From Eledone cirrhosa (lineage: Eukaryota), in contig OZ024754.1 in assembly GCA_964016885.1 (NCBI GenBank), forward strand, positions 11,594,001-11,658,000: a stretch of 64,000 bases of DNA, read 5' to 3'. The number at the start of each line of letters is the position of its first letter. Within the stretch, counting starts at the first letter, position 1. A program made the position numbers and the translations under genes. Positions 27,430 to 41,355 of the stretch are shown here, one piece after another. The notes under the pieces were generated by a model. It was not told where the DNA came from. It saw nothing but the letters and a program-made list of their open reading frames with translations, and ran no database searches.

Positions 27430-28563
27430 GGGTAAAGTGAGAATAGGAATGGAGTTTAGTGAGGAATTCCAGATACAAGTAGGTGTACATCAAGGTTCTG
27501 TCCCCAGCCCACTCTTGTTCGTTAAAGTCCTCCAAGCCATAATGGAAGGGTTTAAGACTGGCTGTCCATGGGAACTTCTCTATGCTGACGATCTGGTTCT
27601 TATAGCAGAATCAGTGGAGGAGCTAGAGAATAAATTCTGGCTATGGAAACAGCAGTTGGAATTAAGAGGCCTGAGAGTGAACATAGCTAAAACAAAGGCA
27701 TTGATAAGTAGAAGAGAAGACAATACTCTTATTCCATCAGAGAAATGGCCATGTTCGATATGTAGGAAAGGAACTGGCATAAATTCCATAAAATGTACGC
27801 AATGCAGATCTTGGGTACACAAGAGATGTAGTGGAATAGCAGGCAAACTAACAGGTAGGGAAAACTATGTATGCAGTAGATGTACAGGGAAAGTCGGCAG
27901 TAGTAATCGATGTGATAGACTCATTTTTCCAATGCAGGTGGGTTCTATAGAAGTGGTTGATAGCTTCCAGTACCTAGGTGATCAGATTAGCATGGGAGGG
28001 GGCTGTTCCAAGGCCATAGTATCTAGAAAAAGGACGGGTTGGAAGAAGTTTAGGGAGCTGATCCCTCTGTTGACAAAGAAGGGTTTCTCCCTCCGTACGA
28101 AAGGACGGTTATATGATGCCTGTGTGAGATGCGCAATGCTGCATGGTAGTGAGACATGGGCAGCAACTGCAGAAGATATGCGACGGCTGGAGAGAAATGA
28201 AGCAAGTATGCTCTGTTGGATGTGCAATGTCAATGAACGACCAAGCATAGACGAGTTGAGAAAGAAACTGGGTATAAGAGGGATAAGTTGTGGTGTGCAG
28301 GAGAGAAGACTGAGATAGTATGGACATGTGATGCGCATGGAGGATGACCGATGGGTACAGAAGTGCCAGGAAGTCCCAGTGGAGGGAAGACGCAGTAGAG
28401 GTAGACCACGAAAACATGGGCGGAGGTGGTGAGAGCAGACCTCAGATCGCTGAAACTGACGGAGGAGATGACGAAGGACCCGTGACAAGTGGAGAGATGC
28501 TGTGCTGAATAGGACCCGTCCAAACCTTGCAAGCAGGGAAAAGCGGATGTAAAATGATGATGA

Positions 28564-28566
<3 letters not shown>
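27430..28566 (+). mobile_element. 5'-truncated RTE LINE (RT, Cys-rich insert, 3' end with (ATG)n tail)
   Basis: VGVHQGSVPSPLLF, LYADDLVL, MLHGSETW, ERRLR*YGHV. Confidence 0.95.
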
Positions 28567-28602
<36 letters not shown>

Positions 28603-28759
28603 AGTGCTAAACATACACAAAATCACACAAATAAGGTATAACAAGTTGTAGGCTTTTAACATGAAAGCCAAGTTGAGAACCTGGAGTGTACATAGGAAAT
28701 TTAAAAATTCCGAATATAGGAATGTAAGAATTCAGAATATAGGAATGTAAGAATCTTAC

Positions 28760-28878
28760 CTATGGTTTGATAAGCTTAGGAAAACACCAAACATCATTTG
28801 GGACACACCAAGTATTATAGAGGTTTTCATTTTGAAAGAATTAGTGAAAGTTATTTTATTCTGAGAGAACTGCCAAGC
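28760..28878 (-). CDS. ATP6V0A1: V-ATPase subunit a exon ([40 protein letters not shown])
   Basis: NSFKMK signature; CAG/GTAAG; 119 nt. Confidence 0.98.
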
Positions 28879-29882
28879 CTGAAATAGAATATAAATAATT
28901 GAAGATAAAAAAACAACAAGACAAACAATAATGATGATTATGATGATTGTCATACTCATCATTACAATCGTGATTATTAAGATGTGATCTTCATACACTT
29001 CCTGAGGTTTATCAGGTCAAAACTTATCTCAGTTTCCTTGGCATTAAGAACCTGGGACACCGGGCCATCACTGTCATTGAGTTATCTCCCAGTTGCAGCT
29101 GGTGCTCTTCTTTTTCTTTAGTTAGATGGACAACTAAAACAACATGAAATAAAGTGTCTTACTCAAAGACACAATATACTGCCTGGTCCAAGAATTGAAA
29201 CCCTGATCTTATGATCATGAGTCAAAACAATTTACCCATTAGGCCATGTACCTTCATAGTATGCATGTATGCATGGTTCTGTAACTCCCGAGGGAGTCAT
29301 TGAGACACCATTTTGATATACAGCATTTCTAGGGAATTTTTAAACTTGGCTGAGCCCAGTCCTCTCCAGGTTTGAATACAGCAGATTTCTTACAAAGGAA
29401 AGAGTATGAGAGAGAATAAAAATGAGGAAGAGATATAGAGTAAGAATCGACTCCAGTACTAGACTGGTATTTTTTTTTATCAACTCCAAATGGATGAAAG
29501 GCAAAGTTGACCTCAGAGAGACGAGAGTCAAAATAAATACTACAAAACATTCTACCTGAAGTTCTAACAACTCAGCCAATTCGCCACCTTACCTTCATAG
29601 TGTGGTGTACATTAACTCTTTAGCATTTAAATTGGCCATATCCAGCCAGCATTCTCTCACCTCCAGCCACTCATATTGATGTTAAGGTATTGTTCTCAAA
29701 ATAAATATCAAAATCTCATAGATTTGATATTATGTGAGACAATTATGTGAAATAAAGTGTTTATTGGGAAAATACAATAGTAAATATAGAGTAATATAAA
29801 TGCTAAAGGGTTAATTAGTGATAGCACACACCAATCTAAATGCTCACATGAAAATGTAAAGAAATTACAGTGATATACTTAC

Positions 29883-29955
29883 AGGATCCAAACCAATAGG
29901 ATAAGGTGTTGCGGTGTACATGGACCCTGGATTAAATATGATACTGCTTCCTTTG
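29883..29955 (-). CDS. ATP6V0A1: V-ATPase subunit a exon, luminal loop (KGSSIIFNPGSMYTATPYPIGLDP)
   Basis: PYP.G.DP motif; CAG/GTAAG; 73 nt, phase 2-0. Confidence 0.95.
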
Positions 29956-30211
29956 CTGAAAAATTAACAAGATGGAATATTAAACAAATTTGTTTATTTA
30001 TGAAAACATATAATACCAAACATCACTCTCATGATGATGATAATACCAACCCTGAAGAAAATAATTTACACAAGCCACAATACGCTCTTGTTTACATCTA
30101 TTTTTCCTAACCTTTTCCCATAAAAGTATCTCCTATTCAACTATTTAGCAATTATATGCTCTCATATAAACTTCTCTACATACAAATTGAGTTATAGATA
30201 GTTTTACTCTT

Positions 30212-30249
<38 letters not shown>

Positions 30250-30376
30250 TCAATTGAAGAAAGCTGGTTGATTAAAATTCTACCGACTTATTCTTTAACA
30301 GATGTGTATTGGTCGGCAAAGTGAATAACATGTCCGACTGGTAACATATCAATGGAATTTTACATCTCGTTTGTAC

Positions 30377-30448
30377 ATTTGTCTGAAGAGAACATGTAAG
30401 GCTATTATCACATAACTACCTTACATCTTCAAAATATGTATAACAAAT
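30377..30448 (+). ncRNA. Degenerate minimal hammerhead (GAAA mutated to AAAA) in a TA-anchored element
   Basis: ATTTGT-CTGAAGA-GAA C ATGTAAGG loop CCTTACAT C TTC-AAAA-TATGTA-TA-ACAAAT, then AATAAA. Confidence 0.7.
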
Positions 30449-30818
30449 AAAATAGGGATGTATGAATAAAACCGTCTCTCGTATCATCATTTTACGTCCA
30501 CTTTTCCCTGCTTGCAAGGGTGGGACAGGAACTGATTCTGGCTTGATTTCTACAGCTGGATGCCCTTCCTAACACCAACCTCATATATATATTATATATA
30601 TATATATACCATCCTCCCACTTCTCCCCACACCACCCTTACACTGTAAAGTTATGTTGGTATCACAAAAACATCCAGCCCACACTGTAATGTGGTCGTGT
30701 AGGTGTCACGACAAAAAGCACCCAGCGCACACTGTAATATGGTTGTGTAGGTGTCTTGACAAAAAGCACCCAGCCCACACTGTAATATATGGTCATGTAG
30801 GTGTCATGTCAAAAAGCA

Positions 30819-31447
30819 GCCAGCCCACACTGTAAATGTGGTTGGTGTTAGGAAGGGCATCCAGCCATAGAAACTAATACAGAAACAGTTCTGTGTGAGC
30901 AAGACATGGTCACCTGACCCAACTTGCCCCAAACAGAACAACCCATTTAACCCATGCTAGTGTGGAAAAATGGACATTAAACAGTGATGATAATACAATG
31001 TAAAGAAGTATCTGACCTAATATATAAAGACATGTGGTTAGCACATATAGCAAGCTTATTTGATCTAGACTTAAACTATCAGATGATTTTTTTAATTATT
31101 TTTATTTAACCTTTGGTCAGCTCATATATATTTCTCTACAAACTGAGTTATATATTGTTTTACTTTAAAAAAAATCATCTGATAGTTTAAGTCTAGATCA
31201 AATAAACTTGCTATATGTGCTAACCACATGTCTTTAAAATAATACTATTAGGTCAAATACTTCTTCACATTGTATCAACTTCACCGTTTAATGTCCATTT
31301 TTCCACACTAGCATGGGTTAAACGGTTTGTCCTATTTGGAGCAAGTTAGGTCAGGTGACCATGTCTTGCTCACACAGAACTGTTTCTGTATTGGTTTCTA
31401 TGGCTGGATGCCCTTCCTAACACCAACCACATTTACAGTGTGGGCTG
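30819..31447. repeat. Long inverted repeat (arms about 270 bp, spacer about 75 nt)
   Basis: 30819-31092 is the reverse complement of 31168-31447 with scattered mismatches. Confidence 0.9.
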
Positions 31448-31887
31448 GGTGCAACTTTACACATCCTGACTACTATTAACTGTCAGTTGACCAATTGGAC
31501 ATTAAATCGATCAGCAGTGCCTCAACCTTTTTATAGACACATCCTTTCACACCTCCATTAAGATAATACCTTCAAAATATCCCAACCGTAATCATCTGTT
31601 ATCATTGTCTTTTTACTTTTTATTTTCTATTCTTTATTCTTTATTTCTTTTTATTTATTATTCCGCCAATTCATCAATTTAACCCACTGTATTGGAATGG
31701 CGACAATACACCATCATCCCATTTTATTACACTGACCAGCATCTCCCCTATATCATCTCTTCATGCCACTTCCCTCACTTTCTCCATGTTATTATTATTA
31801 TTGTGATTATTATTTTACGTCTCTATCCACTCATCATTGCAACTATTACTACTACCACCACTACTATTATTATTATCATTAATCTTA

Positions 31888-32070
31888 GGCGGTGGATTGG
31901 CAGTATCGGTAGAGGGTTGGAAACCATGCTTTGAAGCATAGTTACGGCCCTTTCCATTCTGAGTTTAAATCCTGCCAGGTTAACTTCCCCTTTCATCCTT
32001 ATGGGGTCGATAAAATAAAGTACCAATAATGCACTGGATAATTGCTGGCCTTGTGCCAAAAGTAGAAACA
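31888..32070 (+). mobile_element. tRNA-derived SINE family 2; copies at 2150-2340 (-), 25478-25655, 53928-54120, 56525-56712 (-)
   Basis: ggcggtggattggcag head, gagttcaaatcc-like B box, conserved tttgcctttcatcc...gtcgataaaataaagtacca core. Confidence 0.82.
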
Positions 32071-32107
32071 CTTATTATCATTAATCTTATTATTATTATT
32101 GTTGTTT

Positions 32108-35100
32108 TCATCATCATCATCATCGTTTAACGTCCATCTTCCACGCTTGCATGGGTTTGGACGGGAGTTTTCCCACTTGAGGCAAGATTTGTTGTCCTGT
32201 TCGTATAGGACTGTCTGGTGGGTTTTCTACGGCTGGATGCCCTTCCTAACACCAACCACGTTTACAGTGTGGACTGGGAGGTTTTTACCGTGTTACCTAC
32301 ATGGCCACATTACAGCGTGGACTGTGTGTTTTTTTGTCGTGACACCTACACAACTTCATTTGTTTCGGACTGGATGTTGTGGTACCAACATAACTTTACA
32401 TTGAAAGGGGTGGTGTGGATGGGGTGGGGGTAGTGGGACGGGGTGTATTTTGTTAGAGGTGCCTACTGACTGTAGTAGGTTTCACTTTGTACTTAGGTAA
32501 GGCGGGTCTTCTCTATTAATGTGTAGTGCCAAAGATCACGGTCCAGTGACATTGTCTTGGAGAGGTGTAAGTGTGTGAGGTCAGAATTTAACAAGTCGTC
32601 CCAGGTTTTTCTGGGTCTGCCTACTCCGTGACTACCGTCTATTTTTATTGCCCTGCACTTTTTTATACAGCTGTCGTCTTTCATGCGCATCACGTGACCA
32701 TACCAACGTAGTCTTCTCTCGAGTAAACAACATCTGATCCCTCTTATTTCTAATTTTACCCTTAGTTCGTTTATGCTTTGCCGTTCACGTATATTACTAT
32801 TACACATCCAGTGGAGCATGCGAGCTTCGTTCCTCTCCAGTCTGCGTATATCCTCTGCACACAATGCCCAGGTCTCACTGCCATGTAACATTGCTGTTCG
32901 TATGCAGGCATCATACAGCCTGCCTTTCATTTTTAGAGAGAACCCTTCAGAGCACCCTCCACCACTGCTGATTTTGTCACCCAAGTAACGGAAGGAGTCC
33001 ACTATTTCTATATCTGTTTCTGCCCACTCCTTTCCCACACACTGAGCATGGCCATTTCCCGGATGGAACCGCCGGTGCCCTATTTTCCTTCCTACAAACT
33101 AGAACTTTAGTCTTAGACAGGTTCCTTTTAAGGCCTTTTGATTCTAGGCCATGCTTCCATGTTTGGAATTTCTTCTCTAGTTCAGCCATTGATTCAGCTA
33201 TAAGCATTAGATCATCTGCGTATAGGAGTTCCCATGGGCAGCCGGTCTTGAACTCCAGTTATAGCCTGAAGGGCAATAATAAATAGTAGGGGGCTAAGAA
33301 CGGAGCCCTGATGAACACCAACTTTTACGCTAAACTCTTCACTATATTCGTTAATTCTAACCTTGCTGACTGTTTCTTTATACATGGCTTGTATAGCTCT
33401 CACAAACCATTCATCAACACCTAGTTTTCTAAGAGCCCACCAGATAATGGAACGGGGGGACTCTGTCAAAGGCTTTCTCCAAGTCGACAAAAGCTAAGTA
33501 TAGGGGTTTACTTTTAACTAGGTACTTCTCCTGTAGTTGTCGTACAATGAAAAGAGCGTCTGTGGTACTTTTACCTGACACAAACCCGAACTGCATTTCA
33601 TCTAGATCAATTCTCTCTCTGATTAGTTGCGCTATTACTTTTTCTGTGACCTTCATGACCTAGTCGATTAATTTAATGCCTCTATAGTTACCCCTATCTA
33701 GGGCATCTCCTTTACCCTTGTAGCAGTTAATGATGATGCTGCTACGCCAGTCCTTCGGAACAACCCCATTCTGTATGACTTGGTTTACTATCCGGGTGAC
33801 CATGGTGTGTCCCACCGTTCCAGAAGCTTTCAGCATTTCAGCAACTATTTCCGAAGGCCCAGCCGCCTTACCTGTCTTCATATCTTTGATTGCCTTACTT
33901 ATTATACTACCTTCGACTAACACTGCTGGTCCCTCTATTGGATCGATGTGGGGGAGACTGTCTTTCTCCCATTTATTCTCCTCATTTAGTAACCTTTCGT
34001 AGTGACACCTCCAAGCTACCTTCTTATCAGCATCAGTGATGGCAAGTACACCATCATCATTCAGGTCACACTTCTCCCCGACAATATCACGGTTTTCCTT
34101 GACACATTGCCTAGCAATCCTGAACACCTTACGTTTTTGGTCCTCGCGTTGTAGAACATGCTTGAACTTTCTTTCCTCTGCTTCCCTTCTTGCGAAGTAC
34201 ACTTGTCTCCTAGCTTCCTGGCCACTTGATAGTCTTCTCTACTTCCCCCATCCCGCCATACTTTCCAAGCCTGCTTTTTGGCCTTAATTGACTCCTCCAC
34301 CTTACTGTTCCACCATCACGTTATTCTCCTCCTGCCTATAGGCCTGCTCCAGCCACAGACTTCGTCTGCCGCCATCAGCAGGTTTGCTTTCAGGAATTCC
34401 CACTGTTCCTCTATATTGTACGACTAATTGCTCTTCCTTACTGTCGAAAGCATCAACTAATATGCTTTTAAATTTATTACTGGCTGTGGGGTCCTTTAGC
34501 TTCCATATTTTTCTCCTGAGGATAGTCCTCTTCTGTTGTCGAGTACGTCTCGTCCTGACTATGAGGTCGCTAATTATCAGTCTATGTTGGGAGGTGCATT
34601 CTTCATGGGGGAGGGATTTAGTGTTTACAACAGACACTCTGTCACGTCTTCTGGTAAGGATATAATCTACCTGGCTGGTATGTTCCCCTGATCTGTAGGT
34701 GATCAAGTGATTGTCTTTTTTTTTGAAGTTAGTGTTACAGATAGTTAGGTTATTTGCGTCACAGAATTCCAGGATTCTGGAGCCTTCCTCATTTCTAGTA
34801 CCAAACCCATAGCCTCCATGGATTACGTCATAGCTGTGACAATGTTGTCCAACGTGACCATTTAGGTCGCCAGCAATAATTATATAGTCACTGTTGGTTA
34901 TTTGGGAGGTAGTGAGCATCAGTGTCTCATAGAATCTGTCTTTTATAGCGCCAGGCAGTCTGGATTGGGGTGCGTACGCAGATATTACTGTCACAGTAGT
35001 TCTATTTAGAACAAGTCTTATTTTAATTATTCTGTCATTCACTCTATTTACGTCTATTATCTTATCCACCCATTTTTCTGCTAACATGATTCCTACCCCA

Positions 35101-35560
35101 CCCAGCCCATTGTCATTTCACACCCAGAAAAGCTTATAGCATCGTTTTTTACCCACAATGAATCTAGTAGACCCGCCCCTCCACTTGGTCTCTTGGATAC
35201 AGCAAACATCAACCTCCTTACGTTCAAGCATTTCTACAACCTCGTTAGAGCGGCCTTTTAAGGTGCCTACATTCATGGTACCAACTCTGAAGTTTGGGAT
35301 TGCGTTTGGTGGGTGGGGCGTGGGGAGGGGTGAGGGGGATGTGGTTGGCGTTATGTTGGCCATCCGCGGCCGAAACAAAGAGGAAGAGTCCTTGCCCTTT
35401 CGTCCAGCAGCATGAGGTGAATTTGTCGTTATCTTTGGCATTGTCTCCGAGTGTCCAGATTCTTCAGACTCTCCAGAAATTCCTTAGTCCATCCATCATA
35501 TCGAAAAGCAACCAGGAGAAGTGATAGCATAGGCCGCTGACTTATGATTGATCCAAATAA
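32108..35560 (-). mobile_element. Near full-length decayed RTE LINE (APE endonuclease + RT)
   Basis: GTMNVGTL, CCIQETKW, SAYAPQ, GDLNGHVG, SQVDYIL, SQHRLI, QFGF, FVDLEKAFDRV, GVHQGSVLSPLLF, YADD; split by stops and frameshifts; (TGA)n tail. Confidence 0.96.
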
Positions 35561-36045
35561 TAATGGTGGAGAGTGGGGGCGGGCAGGAGGGGTATGGGGT
35601 AGTTAGCGAGATAAACAGTAACAAGCCATTAAAATACACAAGATTATTTAGAACAGCCAGACAGAATTATAGAATAGCATTAAGAAAGTAGAATTTGTAT
35701 TCTGGGCGATTATACAGATATATGGATGAATGAACCGAAGGGTGGGGAGACAAGAAGAAATGGTATTTTACATTACATTTCGTAGAAGTGGACTGACCAT
35801 TAATAAGAGTTGACAAATTCATTTATGTTATTCTCCCATGTATCTATAAATGTAAACATATCAGTATTCAGACGATTTGGTCAGGTATCGACTGTAATTA
35901 AATATCGAGTGACATAGCTTCAAACGATCAGCGACTTTTAGGCACACTAGACTAAAGAAACAATTGTTAATACTGTAAATAAACCCTATTGTACAGCTGA
36001 CCATTTTATTCTTTATTCTTTTGCTATATATATATATATATATAT

Positions 36046-36632
36046 ATTTTGTTTCTGAATTTGTTTAGCAAGATTCTTTATCTGAAATCGTGTGTTGAAA
36101 CCGATATTGTTATACTTAGGGAGGGTCATGTTGCCAATAAGAAACACACGCACCAGTTGCTTTCACTTCAATTTATTATAATAAATTTATAAATTTCTGG
36201 TTGGTTGGTTGGTTCCACAACCAGATAGTTGTTTATATATTGTCATAGTTCTTTCGTCACACACTCTGTGACCTCTTCAGTGACTGGGGATTCCTTTCTT
36301 TGTTTCTGTGCCTCTCCTTTGTTCTGTCCTACGCCATTTTGTTTCACAGAAACGCCATTCACAGAAACAAAATGGCGTAGGACAGAACAAAGGAGAGGCA
36401 CAGAAACAAAGAAAGGAATCCCCAGTCACTGAAGAGGTCACAGAGTGTGTGACGAAAGAACTATGACAATATATAAACAACTATCTGGTTGTGGAACCAA
36501 CCAACCAACCAACCAACCAGAAATTTATAAATTTATAAATTTATTATAAATTTATTATAATAAATTGAAGTGAAAGCAACTGGTGCGTGTGGTTCTTATT
36601 GGCAACATGACCCTCCCTAAGTATAACAATAT
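36046..36632. mobile_element. Fold-back element (arms 36104-36345 and 36364-36632, tail 36046-36103) with hammerheads at 36425-36467 (+) and 36242-36284 (-)
   Basis: GTCA-CTGAAGA-G GTCACA gagtg TGTGAC-GAAA-GAAC-TA-TGAC; near-perfect ~240-bp arms; (TA)n at both ends. Confidence 0.82.
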
Positions 36633-36872
36633 ATATATATAACTCACTGTAAATGAGGGTGGTGTTAGGAAGGGCATCCAACTGTAGAAACCAAGCCAAA
36701 ATCATTTCTGTATGAGCAAGACATGGTCGCCTAACCTAGCATTGGCCACAACAGGACAACTCGTCTAACCCATGCTAGCATGGAAAAATAGACGTAAAAC
36801 GGTGATGATGATATATATTCGCTGCCTGATATAAAAGAGAAAAATGACACAATGACATATAAAAATACTTAC

Positions 36873-37015
36873 GGTACAGTTTTATTGGTATACCATGATG
36901 ATCCAAATATATTGAGAGATTTTGAAAAGACATCATTATAGAGGAGACCAGTATATATAGAAAATATCCCCATAAGTAGAATTATATAACGGCCACCAAA
37001 TGTGGTGTTCCAAAT
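36873..37015 (-). CDS. ATP6V0A1: V-ATPase subunit a exon ([48 protein letters not shown])
   Basis: GRYIILLMG and YND.FSKS signature; TAG/GTAAG; 143 nt. Confidence 0.98.
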
Positions 37016-38653
37016 CTACAAAAGATAACAAGATACTTGAAGAAAAACAATCCAATTGTTATCAACAACTACAAAAACTGAAGATAAATGGACAACACCC
37101 TTTCTTTCTCTACATTAACCCTTTAGCCCTATGTGGTTGGTGTTAGGAAGGGCATCCAGCTCTAAAATACCCGGCCAAATTTACAGTCCTCGCTGGAGCA
37201 AGGTGCAACACATGGCCAACCCTGGCCACACTTGCCTCCTGGTATGGACAACCTGTCTAACCCATGCAGGCGTGGAAAAATTGACATTACATGGAAATGA
37301 TGATGATTACTCTATATATACTATTGTATTTTGACAAAAAAAGCTTTATCTCACATAATATTGAATCTACGAGATTTTGATATTATTTATTTTGAGAACA
37401 GTACATTAACATCAGTATGAGGGGCCAGTTACAGATGGTTTGAACAGAAAGAGGTGAGAGAATTCTAGTCAGATATGGCCGGTTTAAATTCTATAGAGTT
37501 AATCCATGGCAATTTTCTTACAGCCAGAACCTTTCCTTCCTATTGTCAGCCCTTATTTTTCAGTATGATAAAGATTCACTGAATGAATTAATGGTGTTTT
37601 GAATATGAAGACATGTACACAAACACACACACATATATGCACACATGTGTGTATCATGACTCGTGCACTGTTCATTTTACTGATGTTTGTGCATTGCCCT
37701 ATGTACTGTACATGCACTTTTTTGATGAGTTGGGGTGCACCTGGGCACTGTACACAATATTTCATTATTGTTATTGTTATTATATCATGACTCATACACT
37801 GTTCATTTTCCTGACATTTGTACATTACATTATTCTATGTACTATACATGCACCTTTGATGAGTTGTAGTGCACCTGAGCACTGTACACAATAATTTCAT
37901 TATTATTTTATACAAATAATGGGCTTCCAGAGTTTCCATTGACCAAATTCACTGTTTAGGCATTGGTCAGCCACATGTGATACCAAAAGACACTTGCCCG
38001 ATGTGCTATGCAAGGGGATCATATATATGTGTGTGTGTATCCTGGGTTCAATCGGAGGTAACCACAGTAAGTAAGTTAGGTACTCAATACATAGCAGAGT
38101 ACGATTTCCTTCGAATGAAACAGTTCTAGTCCTGTAGATGCCATTTCTATATTAAACATATAGGTGCATGGCTTAGTGTTTAGAGCATTGGCCTTGCAAT
38201 CGAAAGGTTGTGAGTTCAATTTTCAGACCGGGTGATGTGTTGTTTCCTTGAGCAAGGCACTTTATTTCACATTGCTCCAGTTTACTCAGCTGTAGAAATG
38301 AGATGATAGGACTGGGGTCCCTATCATTCCACTGCAAAGTGGTCGTAGAGGTGCCATGGCAAAAAAGCACCCAGCCCACACTGTAAAGTGGACGTGTAGG
38401 TGCCACTGAAAAAAAGCACTCAGCACTCACTGTAAATGAGGTTAGTGTTAGGAAAGGCATCCAGCTGTAGAAATCAAGCCAGAATCAGTTCCTGTCCCAC
38501 CCTTGCAAGCAGGGAAAAGCGGACGTAAAATGATGATGATGATGATGATGATGATGGCTGACCGAATACACACATGTGATTTTTTTTTTCTCAATTTTTT
38601 TTCCTTTCCTTCCTCTTTTCACTATTTTTCTATATCCTCTTTTATTTCTCCTA

Positions 38654-38689
38654 TCTTCTGATGAAGGACTAGCATCCAAAACGTTAAGA
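38654..38689 (+). ncRNA. Decayed Penelope-type minimal hammerhead
   Basis: TCTT-CTGATGA-A GGA ctagca TCC-AAAA-CG-TT-AAGA; G of GAAA lost, consistent with CpG decay. Confidence 0.55.
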
Positions 38690-38941
38690 CACTTTTATTA
38701 TTATTTCAAGCATTAAACTAATATATTTCTTCATTGCTGTGTCGTTTGCTTTGTTATTTGTTTACCTTTTACATATACATATATGTGTGTGTGTGTATTG
38801 TCTTGTCATTTGTCATTGTAAGGAGTGATATCTGTTTATGTGCCACATATCGAGAGATCCCGTCATTGAGCATAACTTAGTTTTAAACAACAACAAAAAG
38901 CATGAAAAACATGAAAAAAAAGAAAAAAAAGAAAATATTAC

Positions 38942-39081
38942 CTCATTGTCCCCCTTTTTTGTTGACAATACTTTTTCTCTGACAATCATCCAAACTGCAA
39001 AAAGGGTCATGAGAAAACCATGCCCTGCATCTCCAAACATCACAGCAAATAAGAAGGGGAATGTTATGATTGTAAAAGGAG
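38942..39081 (-). CDS. ATP6V0A1: V-ATPase subunit a exon, TM1-2 ([46 protein letters not shown])
   Basis: [11 protein letters not shown] signature; TAG/GTAAT; 140 nt. Confidence 0.98.
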
Positions 39082-40455
39082 CTAGAGAAAAATAGAGAGA
39101 AAGAAAGAAAATGTTACTGATTTTTGATAAAATTCTTTGGAATATGACCAAAATATTTTATGAATTATGTACTGGTAAAGTGTAACAAAAACTGTTTATA
39201 ATATGATTGACTAATCAAATGACTTAACAAATTTCCACCAGACTCTTTGCAACCTGGTCACATAATTCTACATGAGTTGCAGTAACCCTAGACAATGCAA
39301 CATATAACTGTCTATGATTAAACACTGGTTGTGTTGTTAAGTAAATCCCTATCTTATTAAATATTTGACTCTGTGCTTTACTAATTATCATTGAATAAGC
39401 TAATCTAACTGGAAACTGAATTCTTTGTAAAAGGTTCAGTTTTTCAGGTTAAAGTGGTCGTGGAGGTGCCATGGCAAAAAAGCACCCAGCCCACACTGTA
39501 AATCGGCAGTCATTAAATAATTGATGATTTTAGATAAAATTCTTTGAAATAAAATTGAAACATTTTATGAAATATGAAGATTTTGTAGTTTGCTTGAAGC
39601 ATTGTGTAAAGTGTAGAAAATAGCTGAAGAGCAACAACATACAGCTCTGAACTAGTTTCTTTCATTAACCCTTTGATGAAGGGATTTTATTCCGAAATAT
39701 AAGATTTTATAACAAAAACTTCAAGGTAACATTTCAACATCATTGTTAGCATTGTATTTTTAACAATCACCATCCAATTCACATTGTGGTAGCTTTCAAA
39801 CAAAACACTATTTTCTTCATTTTATGAAATATGCTCTGATCAAATGCACTCAATACCCCCTTTAAAGATGCTGATGAATAAACTGAGTCAACAAATATCC
39901 GTCATACTGTTTGCAACCTGGTCATTGACACAGTTCCACTTGTGCTGCAGTGGAACTGTGACAGTGACCAGGTCACAAACAGTGTGATGAAAATTTTGAC
40001 ACCAAAGAATAAATGATAAATGTAAAATGAATTTAACAGCTTTTGCACACAATTCCTTTTCCTGATAAATTTGATATATTCAATCTTAATCTCCTGTACT
40101 ACCTGAAATCTCATTCTAGGAAACTAGAAAACAGCTAACATGACTGCATCATATGAAATATTAAAGTCTAATACTGCAAATTTTTGCAATGATCTGTCCA
40201 CAAATAAATATACTATAAACAGTTGAATTAACAAACCTGTTTTTAGATATTTTCTGTTAAATCATTACAGGATGTTAAGAAATAATACTGTACATTTTCA
40301 CAATATCTGTCCACCAGTAATATACTATAAACTTTTGAATTAACAAACCCATTTTTAGATATTTTTGACTAACTCATTACAGTATGTTAAGAGTTAATTT
40401 TTCACACATAATAAATTAATTAAAGCAGTACAAATTATATATATATATATATTAC

Positions 40456-40606
40456 CAGGATTAACTTCTCTGTATGATGCTACTCCATAGGCATCTACTA
40501 TAGCTTGGAATGCTTCAGTGAACTTGTTAGTACGGTTATAGGTAGGAGGCTCTTGTTTGGTTACCATTCGATTTAGTATAGATGGTACACTACTACCGCT
40601 TCTTTC
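40456..40606 (-). CDS. ATP6V0A1: V-ATPase subunit a exon ([50 protein letters not shown])
   Basis: Conserved [11 protein letters not shown] and YREVNP motifs; CAG/GTAAT; 151 nt. Confidence 0.98.
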
Positions 40607-41142
40607 CTGAAAATATCATTGTTGAAGAATTAGCAGATTAAATGACAATGCATGAAACAGAATTGAAAGTAATGTCATATTTTCGCACTATTGTATAAGC
40701 TACACTCATTGTGTGAGGACTATGGAGCTGCAGAAAAGTGTCTGTAACCCATTCACCCTGTGCTAGCATAGACAGACATAAGAAGATAGGAGGAAAAGAA
40801 AGAAGGAAAGATAGAAAACAGAAGAGGAGAGAAAGGGATAGAAGAAAAGGGAAGAAAACAAAAGATAGAAGCACTACAACCATCACACTTGTAAGAAGAA
40901 GAAGACCAAGAACAAGAAGAAAAAGAAAAAGGAAAAAAAAAGAAAAGGAAAAGAAAAACAAAAACAAAAGGAAAAGAAGATAAGAAAAAGAAGAACAAGA
41001 ACAAGAAGAGAAAAGATAAGAAAAAGAAAAGAAAAGAAAAAAAAGAAAAAGAGAAAAGAAAAGAAAAGACGAAGAAAAGAACAAGAAGTAGAAGAGTAGT
41101 AGTAGTAGTGGTGGTAGTAGTAATAAGAATAAGTTAACTTAC

Positions 41143-41355
41143 AGTTCCTCGACGTAAAGCTTGCTGTATCCGGTCAAGATCAGCAACAGGACACCAACAT
41201 TCAGCAATGAGACACTTCTGTGTGACATCCAAGTTGAACATATTCAAAGTATGGTAGATAGCTTTGATCTTCCTCACTTTGATAAACCACACTTTAATAT
41301 TCTTGGCTGCAGCTACCAAAACTCGGTGCCGATGATCTTGAGTCTGGCCAAGAAC
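41143..41355 (-). CDS. ATP6V0A1: V-ATPase subunit a exon (VLGQTQDHRHRVLVAAAKNIKVWFIKVRKIKAIYHTLNMFNLDVTQKCLIAECWCPVADLDRIQQALRRGT)
   Basis: Conserved peptide; TAG/GTAAG; 213 nt, phase 0-0. Confidence 0.98.
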
